Shown here: positions 1-7,926 of the stretch, piece by piece
How positions within the stretch are numbered: position 1 is the stretch's first letter
Layout: every line of letters begins with the position of its first letter
IMG/VR virus record: IMGVR_UViG_3300028840_002431
Location: 62,001-126,000 of that record
Direction: 5' to 3' (one strand)
Length of the DNA stretch: 64,000 nucleotides
Notes under the pieces: generated by a model
The model's database searches: none
The model's input: only the letters and a program-made list of their open reading frames with translations
What the model was told of the DNA's origin: nothing
Made by a program: the position numbers and the translations under genes

Positions 1-510
1 CTCCATGTTGGACCCAACCAACTCCACGAGATCTTCCGGCTCTGTGGCGGGACCCCTGTTGGCGTTGCCATCCGTGAAGAGAATGACCCTTAGGATGACC
101 TCCGACGACAGGTCCGCCTCTTGGGCAAGTTCAAAACCCTTGAGAAGCGCGTCGGCAATGTTGGTGGACCCTCTCGTCTGAAGATCGCTAACCTTACGTT
201 TCAGATCCTCCTTGGCTTCGGCGGTACAAGGTACGGGCCTTGAGATCACCTGGGCAGATTCGGAGAAGTCGATCAGGCCGCAGTAATCGTTCGGTGAGAG
301 GTGCTCGATCAACTTGGTCAGCGAGCGTTTCGCGTAGACGAGCTTTGACCCCATCATAGAGCCGGACACGTCCACGAGCGGTATGATGCACAACCGGGGT
401 CGCTTGTCTTCGACCGACACCGACGGTGCTGACAGCCCTAGGACAAGGTGGGCTTCGTTTTCCAGGTCAAACTGGACTTTATCAAATGTGAGTTTCGCAC
501 TAATTTCCAT
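1..510 (-). CDS. vWA domain protein (YfbK-like), runs off the window edge
   Basis: Hand translation from ATG at 510 (RBS GGAGG): MEISAKLTFDKV...RPRLCIIPLVDVSGSMMGSKL...GSTNIADAL...RVILFTDGNAN. MIDAS DxSxS, T and D motifs present. Confidence 0.85.
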   Translation of the reverse strand, partial: MEISAKLTFDKVQFDLENEAHLVLGLSAPSVSVEDKRPRLCIIPLVDVSGSMMGSKLVYAKRSLTKLIEHLSPNDYCGLIDFSESAQVISRPVPCTAEAKEDLKRKVSDLQTRGSTNIADALLKGFELAQEADLSSEVILRVILFTDGNANRGPATEPEDLVELVGSNME

Positions 511-694
511 GGCTTTGGTCCTCCCGTAGCCGTCTGGCCTAGCAACTTCCCCTGGTGCGGGCCTGGACTGACCCCAAAACCAAAGGACCGCTAAGCGGTC
601 ACAGAACGTCCACCGCCTTTCCAAACCTCGGATTTTCCTTAGGCGCGATCAGCGGCACGAGAGACCCAACCCGGAGGCGCGGCCTCACGCTTAC

Positions 695-723
695 CATGAT
701 ATACACCGGAAAAGGGAAGTCAA
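695..723 (-). promoter_or_regulatory. sigma70-like promoter for the vWA gene
   Basis: Minus strand TTGACT-N16-TATCAT about 190 nt upstream of the ATG. Confidence 0.45.
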
Positions 724-753
724 GTTCTTATTTGTGCCGGTGTAAGATCCAAG

Positions 754-1065
754 ATGAGCCTCCCGGATAAATTCTTCGCTGGGTTCCCGGATGAAACTCA
801 GGCTTCAAGATCCACGGTCCTCGACTACATCTACGACACCTTGGACGATTGGATGTTGGAAGGGAACGGGACCGCCGTTGACGAGGTGCTCGACCGAGTA
901 GATGTGGACTCTTGCGAACTCGTGTACCTGATCGGGTACCTCACGATCACGGGACAATGGAAACATAAGCTGACCAAACGGGACGAGTTCTACAACCGGG
1001 TAAGGAGCAGAGTCTTGCAGGAGGAACCAGAACGAGTCATTCCCCTCCTGCAAGGACTACGCTAA
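754..1065 (+). CDS. hypothetical protein
   Basis: 103-aa ORF preceded by GGTGTA-N9-ATG motif. Confidence 0.7.
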   Translation: MSLPDKFFAGFPDETQASRSTVLDYIYDTLDDWMLEGNGTAVDEVLDRVDVDSCELVYLIGYLTITGQWKHKLTKRDEFYNRVRSRVLQEEPERVIPLLQGLR

Positions 1066-1220
1066 TCCGACAGTTGAGCCTGAATCTCGGCCTTAGCTCG
1101 ACGACGAACCCGCGTTTCGATAGCCTTTTCAGCGGCGTTCGGAGCACGCTTCGGGGCATGACCATGACGGACAACCCAAGACTTGCGCCCACCCGCCTTA
1201 CGATATGATCCGTTCCTCAT
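1062..1220 (-). CDS. small basic hypothetical protein (MRNGSYRK...)
   Basis: Internal ATG of the 1062..1358 ORF, Arg/Lys-rich. Confidence 0.45.
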   Translation of the reverse strand: MRNGSYRKAGGRKSWVVRHGHAPKRAPNAAEKAIETRVRRRAKAEIQAQLSD

Positions 1221-1294
1221 GTTTGGTCTACCGCTGGGGTCCCAAAAACCTAAATAAAACGCCCACGAACCTAAGCTCGTGGGCGTTTGAGGGT

Positions 1295-1834
1295 TTATCC
1301 AGCCGCCAACATGTGCCGGGGCGTGCCTCCCAGATAGAAGGACCACTCCTCCGGACACATCTCGATCGGAATCGCTGGCATGGGAAGCGGTAGAGACTTG
1401 GGCCTGTACGGTTTCCTAAGCAACCTCATCTTGGCTTGCCTGGGAGTACGACCGGCCTTACGGGCATTACAGGCGTAGCACGCCGTGACAATGTTGATCC
1501 AGTTAGTCTTACCGCCCTGGTTCCTCGGGGTCACGTGATCGTAGTTCAACTCACGACGCGGAAGCCGATTCCCACAGTACTGGCAGGTGAAGTTGTCACG
1601 AGTCAGAACGTTGATCCGCGAGAACTTGACACCCTTCTTGTGGGTCGGGATTTTGGACGTAAGTCTAGCTACGGACGGAATCTGGTAGGTCACACTCGGA
1701 GACGACACGGTCTCGTCGTAAGACTCCAAGACCTCGATCTCTCCCATGTAGAGCCGACAGATAGCGTCCTGCCAAGGAACGATTCGGTGTGGTTGCATCC
1801 ACGGGGTCAGTAATAGTGTATGGAACTCAGACAT
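1295..1834 (-). CDS. HNH endonuclease (McrA/HNH_5-like)
   Basis: FSRINVLTRDNFTCQYCG, DHVTP..QGG..NWINIVTACYACN motifs. Confidence 0.9.
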   Translation of the reverse strand: MSEFHTLLLTPWMQPHRIVPWQDAICRLYMGEIEVLESYDETVSSPSVTYQIPSVARLTSKIPTHKKGVKFSRINVLTRDNFTCQYCGNRLPRRELNYDHVTPRNQGGKTNWINIVTACYACNARKAGRTPRQAKMRLLRKPYRPKSLPLPMPAIPIEMCPEEWSFYLGGTPRHMLAAG

Positions 1835-2058
1835 TGTCCTAACGCCTCATCAGCGCCTCCTTGTTAAGGTTATTCTCTGGGCCTCTCACACCCGCTAATC
1901 TTTATCAGACATCTTTACGACGATCTCATCATGGACCAACTGAGCCAGATGGGAGAAGATCTCTACAACGTCGCAGTGCCTGAAAGCGTCTTCTAACTCG
2001 TCCAACTGTGTCATGAACAGTTTTTCTATTTCCTCTTTGGTCATCATTCACCTAATCG

Positions 2059-2148
2059 TGCTCGGGGTAAGAGTCGAACTTACAAGCCTCCCGGCCAGCA
2101 AAGCCCTATAGCGACTTCGCCTGTGTCTACCTATTCCACCACCCGAGC
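2059..2148 (-). tRNA. tRNA-Leu-like RNA with 9-bp anticodon stem (loop GCTATAG)
   Basis: Acceptor GCTCGGG/CCCGAGC, Leu-type D arm, long variable arm, GTTCGAC T loop, extended anticodon stem. Confidence 0.7.
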
Positions 2149-2643
2149 AGGAAATCGACGGCCAACCCACGAGCCAAAAAGGCCCGCCTTACGAGTCTTC
2201 CGAATGGCCGGGGCAATACGCAGCCATGCGTCATAAGGCATTGACCCCCGAATGGTATTACATCTTATGCAAGCTGGGACCACATTATCAACGGTGTGTC
2301 CTTTACTATTATCGATACGATCCAAGCTCATTCTAATCGACGCCTCTCCGCAATAGCTACAACCTTTGGAAATCGACTCTGCGATAAACTCCTTTGTGAG
2401 ATCGTTGGCTCTCCCTTTCTTACGATCGACGGCTCTAGTGTCACTGTAGATCGCTTGTGCTGGATTGTTCTTACGATACTGACTACGTTGAACATTCAAT
2501 TTGTCCTTGTGCCGCTGCCAGTAAACTTTACCATAACAAGCTGTGCAGATTCGCCGTCGGTAAGGGGAATTGCGCCTTAACGGTCTGAACTTCCCGATAG
2601 GCTTAGTTTTGTGACAATGCTTACACTTCCGCTCTTCTGGCAT
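2131..2643 (-). CDS. HNH-type homing endonuclease
   Basis: N-terminal CxxC pairs, CSYCG, LDRIDNSKGHTVDNVVPACIRCN. Confidence 0.85.
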   Translation of the reverse strand: MPEERKCKHCHKTKPIGKFRPLRRNSPYRRRICTACYGKVYWQRHKDKLNVQRSQYRKNNPAQAIYSDTRAVDRKKGRANDLTKEFIAESISKGCSYCGEASIRMSLDRIDNSKGHTVDNVVPACIRCNTIRGSMPYDAWLRIAPAIRKTRKAGLFGSWVGRRFPARVVE

Positions 2644-2699
2644 GGTGTTATAATGCCATGCTCGTCATAGCGAGCAAGAGCTATTACACCTCGAAGCTC

Positions 2700-2972
2700 T
2701 TAATTCAAAGATGAATCACGGAGAGCTACAACATCAGCTTTTCGTACGGCCCGGACCAAACCTTGAGCGTTGAGTTCCAGAGCCTTTGAGGGCAATCTGA
2801 CAGCCTTCTCCGTGCAACTTCGGCCCCAGCCGGGGGTGAGTGCGTTGTGTCCCAGGCGATCCCATGAACGCCGACCGCAATGAAGACACACGTAAACGTG
2901 GTCAGGCCCATGCGGTCTCCGTATCTCTAACGCGCCTTTTTCACAGTGTTCCAAATGCGCTCTCCAATACAC
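2700..2972 (-). CDS. hypothetical Cys-containing protein
   Basis: 90-aa ORF with CLHCG. Confidence 0.5.
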   Translation of the reverse strand: MYWRAHLEHCEKGALEIRRPHGPDHVYVCLHCGRRSWDRLGHNALTPGWGRSCTEKAVRLPSKALELNAQGLVRAVRKADVVALRDSSLN

Positions 2973-3078
2973 CCCTCCAACAAGGACATTACGTTTTCCT
3001 CAAACCTCGTTTCACGTGAAACTTTGTCTCCGTACCTCCTTATATTACACCGAAAAAATCAACTCAAGAAAAATAATT

Positions 3079-3152
3079 TGGCTCGGGCGCAGGGATTCGA
3101 ACCCCGATACTCGGCACCAAAAACCGATGTCCTGCCATTAGACGACGCCCGA
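3079..3152 (-). tRNA. tRNA-Gln(TTG)
   Basis: Full cloverleaf, loop TTTTGGT, CCA encoded. Confidence 0.92.
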
Positions 3153-3401
3153 TCACACTGCGATCAATACCGCCAACTTCTTAGGAGCACGATAGAATGT
3201 AAGAATATCTCCTCCCGAAACACCCGCCAACGCACCCTCAACCAAAGCCCGAAGACGGTACACCCCGTTGGTCTCCGTCTTTTCTAGGACAGCCGACCAC
3301 TGTCCGTAAGGGTGCCCTTCTTCATCTGTAGGCAACCGAACCGTCCCCTGAACCCGTTCAGGGAGAGGCTCGGCCAACTCTTTCACCACAACGAAAGCCA
3401 C
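3153..3401 (-). CDS. hypothetical protein
   Basis: 82-aa ORF, GGTGTA-N9-GTG motif. Confidence 0.6.
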   Translation of the reverse strand: MAFVVVKELAEPLPERVQGTVRLPTDEEGHPYGQWSAVLEKTETNGVYRLRALVEGALAGVSGGDILTFYRAPKKLAVLIAV

Positions 3402-3417
3402 GCCTTAGATTACACCA

Positions 3418-3493
3418 TGGTGGAGCCAGGGGGAATTGAACCCCCGACCTCGTGACTGCCAGTCACGCGCTCTCCCAACTGAGCTATGGCCCC
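3418..3493 (-). tRNA. tRNA-Ala(GGC)
   Basis: Canonical cloverleaf, G3-U70, CCA. Confidence 0.95.
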
Positions 3494-3499
3494 TTGGAT

Positions 3500-3892
3500 T
3501 CAGGACGCGGTAATATCGACCTGCCACTCGTCCTTGGCTTTGTCGTATTGTGCGTGGCCGTACATGTCTATTGCACTGTCCAACCACTTGGAGACTCGCT
3601 CCGCTCCCTCGCGTTCTCCGAATTCAATCAGCTTTACTGTGTTCTCCGGACGATCCTTGAGGTACAGCATCCCCTCGATTCTAACACCGTCAGACCCGTG
3701 ATAATACTTACTCAAGTAAGATCGTCTCAGGTCGATATCAAGGCCGACCGACTTTAGGTAGGGGACTGTGGATTTCAACAAGTTATCAAGATCTCGCCGC
3801 TCGGCCTCGGCGTGTGCGTCAATAATGTCCCTCCACTTGGCGTAGAGGTCCATCTTGGCAGCGGTCTTCTTGCGGCGATCGTAGTTGTACAT
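3500..3892 (-). CDS. hypothetical protein, MYxYDRR N-terminal tag
   Basis: Starts MYNYDRR, coupled to upstream ORF. Confidence 0.75.
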   Translation of the reverse strand: MYNYDRRKKTAAKMDLYAKWRDIIDAHAEAERRDLDNLLKSTVPYLKSVGLDIDLRRSYLSKYYHGSDGVRIEGMLYLKDRPENTVKLIEFGEREGAERVSKWLDSAIDMYGHAQYDKAKDEWQVDITAS

Positions 3893-4185
3893 TACGTGGC
3901 CCGGCGTTTGATAACTTCGAATAGATTGGAAGCATCGACCATCGCGTTAAGCGTCTCACGTCGGAGTTCCGCGAACGTCCGTGAGAGTTGCTCTCCTTCA
4001 CGTACCTCACGCGGCTCCAGGGCTTCCAGCCGTTCCAGGTTGCCGAACAGATCTTCAAAAGTACCGTAAGCCTTGTAAACGTCTACCCGGTCAAGTTCCC
4101 TGAAAGCCTTCGTGAGCGGCTTGGTGAACGTCCAGGAGGGTAAAGGCTCTAGCTGGAGCGCAAGACGGCGGTCGTAGCTGTACAT
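3892..4185 (-). CDS. hypothetical protein, MYxYDRR N-terminal tag
   Basis: Starts MYSYDRR. Confidence 0.75.
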   Translation of the reverse strand: MYSYDRRLALQLEPLPSWTFTKPLTKAFRELDRVDVYKAYGTFEDLFGNLERLEALEPREVREGEQLSRTFAELRRETLNAMVDASNLFEVIKRRAT

Positions 4186-4221
4186 ACCAACCGCTGCCTA
4201 CAAAATGATGCTGAAAAGTTA

Positions 4222-4347
4222 GAGAGCGTTCGAGACGAGAAGCAGGATGTTTGCGATGGGAATCGAACCCACTACTTTCTGTGTGTAAAACAGACGCTCT
4301 ACCCTAAATGAGCTACGCTTGTATGCTTTCTCCGATTGATCGCTCTC
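4222..4347 (-). ncRNA. tRNA-chimeric RNA copy 1: D, anticodon (TAC) and T arms with the conserved stem domain replacing the acceptor stem
   Basis: Terminal stem GAGAGCG/CGCTCTC, CAATC..GCATACAAGC, TAGCTCA..GGTAGAGC, GGTTCGATTCC, ..CTGC..TCTCG. Confidence 0.85.
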
Positions 4348-4486
4348 GGTGGCAGACGTTGGACTCGAACCAACAATTTTGCTTGTGAGCACAGAAGTAT
4401 TGTTCTCTCGCGAGAACGAGTGTTAGGTGCTGATTGCGTACAAACCTACGTTATGATCGTAAGCGGGCCACCCGGCCCAGTCTGCC
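4348..4486 (-). ncRNA. tRNA-chimeric RNA copy 2: tRNA body (loop ATCATAA) with conserved domain in the variable region
   Basis: Acceptor GGCAGAC/GTCTGCC, insert CAGCAC..ACTCG TTCTC GCGA GAGAA CAAT..GTGCT CACAAGC, T arm GTTGG TTCGAGT CCAAC. Confidence 0.85.
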
Positions 4487-4495
4487 TAAAATCTT

Positions 4496-4635
4496 CCCGC
4501 ACCCGAGTCATGAACCTGTTTGATTGCTCGTTTTCTAGACGAGTGCCTAACCACTAGGCTATTTCCAATAGTTTTGGTTTGGAAAACAGGATTCGAACCT
4601 GTGTATGCATGTAAGATTCACCTGTTGGGTACGGG
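4496..4635 (-). ncRNA. tRNA-chimeric RNA copy 3: circularly permuted tRNA (T, acceptor, D, anticodon AGA) closed by the conserved domain
   Basis: CCCGTACC CAAC..TCT TACATGC, T arm, TTTCCAA-ACCAAAACTA-TTGGAAA, D arm, CTCGT CTAGAAA ACGAG, CAGG..ACTCG GGTGCGGG. Confidence 0.85.
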
Positions 4636-4636
4636 T

Positions 4637-4777
4637 TGGAGGGGCTATCGGGAGTCGAACCCTAAAACGCTTGTGAGGACCAGAAATATGGCTCCTTGCA
4701 GAGCCGAGAATCGATCCTGGGTTTTTGGTTTTTCCTCTTCGATAGAAAGGTGACGGACCGTCCGTCTGTATAGCCCC
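4637..4777 (-). ncRNA. tRNA-chimeric RNA copy 4: tRNA body (anticodon ATC) with conserved domain in the variable region, CCA end
   Basis: Acceptor GGGGCTAT/ATAGCCCC-TCCA, insert CAGGATC..TCTCG GCTCT GCAA GGAGC CATA..GGTCCT CACAAGC. Confidence 0.85.
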
Positions 4778-4785
4778 TTATTAGT

Positions 4786-4886
4786 GGAGTGTACCCGAGT
4801 TCTAAACCTGTTGGTTACTGCGGTGGGCGGCTTCTTTGCCGCCCGGTTTAATCGTCGTGTAAGGTATAGGTATTGGGTACGTCCCC
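4786..4886 (-). ncRNA. conserved-domain RNA copy 5 (no tRNA body, GC hairpin instead)
   Basis: GTACC CAATA..ACCT TACACG..GGGCGGC/GCCGCCC hairpin..CAGGT..ACTCG GGTAC. Confidence 0.75.
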
Positions 4887-4911
4887 TAAGATACTGATCC
4901 AAACGGTGTTG

Positions 4912-5481
4912 TCAAGTAATAATTACACCGCCTGGGCTGATTTCATAACCGATTTTCTTGCCGTCCTTGAGGAACGCCTGAGCCGACCGGGCCAGAAGGG
5001 CAGAGACCACAGCGATGAAGGGCAGATGCTCACCGTCCTCGCAAGTGGCGGCCCCGGCTGCCCCGTCGTCGATGACGAAATTCTCGGTCCAGACCACCCG
5101 GCCGAAAGCTCCGTCGGCGGCCAGCGCTCCGTGGAGACACGGGATCTCGGCCTCCTTGGCGAAACCCTGGACCACGCGCCGAGACTCTGGGTTGTCCAGG
5201 CAGTCGATGACCAGATCGGCACCGCCCAGAAGCTCCTTCTCGTTGTCGGCCGTCAGTTTGTGCGGGACCATGTTGAGCTTGATCCCGAATAGGAACTGCA
5301 TTGCCTGGGCCAGGGACTGCGTCTTGTTCTTGCCGACGCCCGCCTTGCCATGGAACTGGCTCAACGTGTTCTTTTGCTCCACCCGGTCGAAATCGACGAC
5401 CTTCATGGTCGCCTCGTTCCGTAGGAACAGTATCAAATGTGAGCCTAGAGCACCGGCACCTATGATCGTGATGTTCTTCAT
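4912..5481 (-). CDS. ThiF/MoeB/E1-family adenylyltransferase
   Basis: IIGAGALGS, DFDRVEQKN, GKNK, DLVIDCLD. Candidate catalytic Cys in ATCED. Confidence 0.9.
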   Translation of the reverse strand: MKNITIIGAGALGSHLILFLRNEATMKVVDFDRVEQKNTLSQFHGKAGVGKNKTQSLAQAMQFLFGIKLNMVPHKLTADNEKELLGGADLVIDCLDNPESRRVVQGFAKEAEIPCLHGALAADGAFGRVVWTENFVIDDGAAGAATCEDGEHLPFIAVVSALLARSAQAFLKDGKKIGYEISPGGVIIT

Positions 5482-5511
5482 ACCCCTGTGTACGGTTGGC
5501 TGTTGAAAGAC

Positions 5512-5949
5512 CTAAGCATTTTCTTCTTGCCAGAGGGTTTTTAGCCGGTCCCGCTCCTTGGCTATGAAAGCAGCGATCTCTCTGGCATCACCCTGTTCAA
5601 AGCGACTAAGAGGCTCCCGTAGGAACTTGTAAAGGGCCTCTTCGTCTTCTTCTTCGGGCACCTTCTCTCGATCGAAGTCGTAATAGTAATAATGAGGGGC
5701 TTTGGTCAGAACCTGGGCCATCCAGTAGATCACGGCGTAGGCGTACGTCCGTTCACCGAAACTGATCCAGGACTTGTAGTCGAACCCGACGGGCCACTTC
5801 ACCTTCTCGGAATACGCCATGTCCGTGGTCAGCCAAAGCGCCGACGCCTCCGGAAGGGGAGTCATGTACTTGAAGTGTTGTTCCAGAAAGTCGAACATCC
5901 GCTTCTGGTCTTTTTGGCTCCTGGCAGCAACGTAGATTGAGTAGCCCAT
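5512..5949 (-). CDS. hypothetical protein
   Basis: Likely start ATG 5949 coupled to upstream stop. Confidence 0.65.
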   Translation of the reverse strand: MGYSIYVAARSQKDQKRMFDFLEQHFKYMTPLPEASALWLTTDMAYSEKVKWPVGFDYKSWISFGERTYAYAVIYWMAQVLTKAPHYYYYDFDREKVPEEEDEEALYKFLREPLSRFEQGDAREIAAFIAKERDRLKTLWQEENA

Positions 5950-6209
5950 TATGGTCCCGACACACCTGTTCCTTTCTTCTTGTCCCACTTACGAAACTCG
6001 TTCCAGGAGTCGAAGTGGCGTCTCGTCACACCCTTGAAATACTTCCACATATCACTCGCTTTGAACTTGAACGGGCCGCTGACAGCGGCAGCACAATAAC
6101 CACCGGAACAGGTGTATTCCCACTCGCCGGTCTCTTTATTCTCGACACTGCCGAATGTGTCGCCCCCGCAAACGGGACACGAAAACTCTGTCCTGTGTTG
6201 AGTGATCAT
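5949..6209 (-). CDS. small zinc-ribbon-like protein
   Basis: CPVCGG..CSGGYC, overlapping start/stop. Confidence 0.6.
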   Translation of the reverse strand: MITQHRTEFSCPVCGGDTFGSVENKETGEWEYTCSGGYCAAAVSGPFKFKASDMWKYFKGVTRRHFDSWNEFRKWDKKKGTGVSGP

Positions 6210-6409
6210 GGTCTCCGACGATACCCCAGCGACTCCTGGGTGTGTGGTGTTAGCTCCAGGGCGATCTCGAAACTGGTACTAGAATGGGAAGAAGCGACTA
6301 CAGCCACCTCAGGAGGGTTGGCCAGCTTCTTGGCTTGGTCGATGGCCTGAACAAGTTCGCGAACGGTTTGCTCCGTAATCTGAACAGTTGCGCCCTTCAG
6401 GGTAGTCAT
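6206..6409 (-). CDS. hypothetical protein
   Basis: ATGA overlaps at both ends. Confidence 0.5.
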   Translation of the reverse strand: MTTLKGATVQITEQTVRELVQAIDQAKKLANPPEVAVVASSHSSTSFEIALELTPHTQESLGYRRRP

Positions 6410-6792
6410 AGCTTCTGCCACTCCGGGAACGGTCTTTCTTCCGACCGGTCCCACCAACGGTAGCGGTAGCCCTGGAAGCCCCGAATCTTCTGGTCGATCG
6501 TGACAGCTACGGCGTCACCACCTCGAACCAGGGCAAAGCTGTCCTTGAAGTAGACGGGAACGTTCGTGTCGTAGCATACGGGGTCGTCGTCTATCCGTAT
6601 CAACGGCGAGTATCCGATAAGGTGGCCGCTGTAGACCACATAAACACGGTCGCCGGGTTGCAGCTTCTTCGGCGGGCTGCCCCCCATGAACCAACCCCAC
6701 TCCGTGCCGCTCCATTTGGCCCCGGCCGGGTCGCCCTCTGCAATCCAGCGCTTGAGTCCGAAAGACTTGGGCAACGTGACTACAATGTCCAT
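6406..6792 (-). CDS. possible EVE/ASCH (PUA-like) domain protein
   Basis: KLQPGDRVYVVYSGHLIGY resembles the EVE/ASCH core. Confidence 0.45.
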   Translation of the reverse strand: MDIVVTLPKSFGLKRWIAEGDPAGAKWSGTEWGWFMGGSPPKKLQPGDRVYVVYSGHLIGYSPLIRIDDDPVCYDTNVPVYFKDSFALVRGGDAVAVTIDQKIRGFQGYRYRWWDRSEERPFPEWQKL

Positions 6793-7028
6793 CAGGCCGT
6801 TCTTTCGCGTAAAAGCTCCACGACCGCTTCGGCCTGATCCGGCGACAGTCCCTCAGGCCACAGTTCATCAAGCCTGAGCCATTCCCGCAAGACGTTTTTC
6901 TCGTCCTTCGAGATAACTATCTTCGTTTCCTGGGAACCCTCTTCTCTTGTCAGGACGAGGTCGCCACTGGATTTTTCGATACGCGCCAAAAGCCGGTTCC
7001 CCGGCTCACCTATAACAAACGAGGCCAT
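6792..7028 (-). CDS. hypothetical protein
   Basis: ATG 7028 after GGAG RBS. Confidence 0.55.
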   Translation of the reverse strand: MASFVIGEPGNRLLARIEKSSGDLVLTREEGSQETKIVISKDEKNVLREWLRLDELWPEGLSPDQAEAVVELLRERTA

Positions 7029-7030
7029 CT

Positions 7031-7249
7031 TTACTCCTTCAGCCCTTCGAGCAACCAGCGAAGATCCCGTAGATCCGAGTCGTCTACCATTAGCTCGAAC
7101 ACCTCGTCGGGGTCCGGCAAGACCCCCGCGAAGCAAATCCTGTGTTCTATGGAAGGTTCCGGCAGATGCCCGACACACGCATTGTCGCTCAACCGCTTGA
7201 ACCGACAATCCGTGTGCGGACACCAACCAGGACGTTCCTGACCCGCCAT
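7031..7249 (-). CDS. small Cys/His-rich hypothetical protein
   Basis: WCPHTDC..C.GH..H..C, in operon. Confidence 0.55.
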   Translation of the reverse strand: MAGQERPGWCPHTDCRFKRLSDNACVGHLPEPSIEHRICFAGVLPDPDEVFELMVDDSDLRDLRWLLEGLKE

Positions 7250-7253
7250 CGGC

Positions 7254-7520
7254 TCAAACCCCGAAGGGCGTCTTCGGCCGAAGCTGAATCAGGTTGTAGG
7301 GACGTGCGTCGGTTGCGTTGAACCGATCCACGACGTAGTTACCCAGGTCGGGTGCCTGAGCCGGGATACCGGGAATGTCCCCGCCACGGATGGCTTCGGA
7401 GACCCACCCCTTCACGTCGTCGTCAGACGCAGCGAAGAGAACCGGGTCCGGAAGGTCCCCGTTCTGACCCCCGTAGGTGATGTTGACGCGAGCGTCGTTT
7501 TCGTTGATGTTGTCAGCCAT
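7254..7520 (-). CDS. ubiquitin-like (beta-grasp) protein
   Basis: 88 aa, strand-strand-helix pattern, C-terminal strand LIQLRP then KTPFG-V, adjacent to JAB and in operon with E1. Confidence 0.7.
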   Translation of the reverse strand: MADNINENDARVNITYGGQNGDLPDPVLFAASDDDVKGWVSEAIRGGDIPGIPAQAPDLGNYVVDRFNATDARPYNLIQLRPKTPFGV

Positions 7521-7917
7521 GCTGCACCTCTCTTTCTAGCTCGTACCTCGATTCCTTTCGAAGTCTTGGTAGCCATATCGGCTGGTAATATTTGTTGAGA
7601 TTGACGCGGTAGTCGTATTTGTCCGGGCCTTGCCAGACGATGTGAACGAGATGGGTGGAACTCGTGATCCACCAGATTATCCTCCGACCGAGAGCCGTCT
7701 CCACGCCGTTGAAGGTCGTAACGTCCTCGTAAGAGGGACCCGGCACCCCGGAGCCGGGGTGGCTGTGAGCAAATCCTAACACCCTGTCCCGGTTGTCCCA
7801 GATCACGTCCCAGAGCGTTCGGCTGTCTGGAAGGTAGGCCACGGACCGGTCCGTCGGGATATGCCAGAACAGTGGCTTTCCCTCACGATCGACTAGAACT
7901 CCAGCTTCCACAGTCAT
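7513..7917 (-). CDS. JAB/JAMM (MPN+) metallopeptidase
   Basis: N-terminal E (VEAG) and HSHP..PSYED JAMM motif. Confidence 0.85.
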   Translation of the reverse strand: MTVEAGVLVDREGKPLFWHIPTDRSVAYLPDSRTLWDVIWDNRDRVLGFAHSHPGSGVPGPSYEDVTTFNGVETALGRRIIWWITSSTHLVHIVWQGPDKYDYRVNLNKYYQPIWLPRLRKESRYELEREVQHG

Positions 7918-7926
7918 TTCAATACC

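Noticed and set aside
4222-4347. Plus-strand reading of the RNA family (GTTCGA...TTGATC looks like the classic Y RNA Ro-binding helix)
   Set aside because: The tRNA arms, CCA ends, GNRA loops and most G-U pairs only work on the minus strand, which is also the operon strand.
4348-4777. Inserts interpreted as tRNA introns
   Set aside because: They are far too short for group I/II introns, are not at the anticodon position, lack a bulge-helix-bulge, and the same domain also occurs at RNA termini and alone.
4222-4886. CRISPR array or simple tandem repeat
   Set aside because: There is no identical direct repeat. Similarity is limited to short loop motifs and structure, and no cas genes are present.
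4912-5481. ThiF as a thiamine/molybdopterin or tRNA-thiolation enzyme
   Set aside because: No ThiG, MoaE, rhodanese or thiouridylase gene is in the window, and the JAB and E2-like neighbours favour conjugation. Disfavoured rather than excluded.
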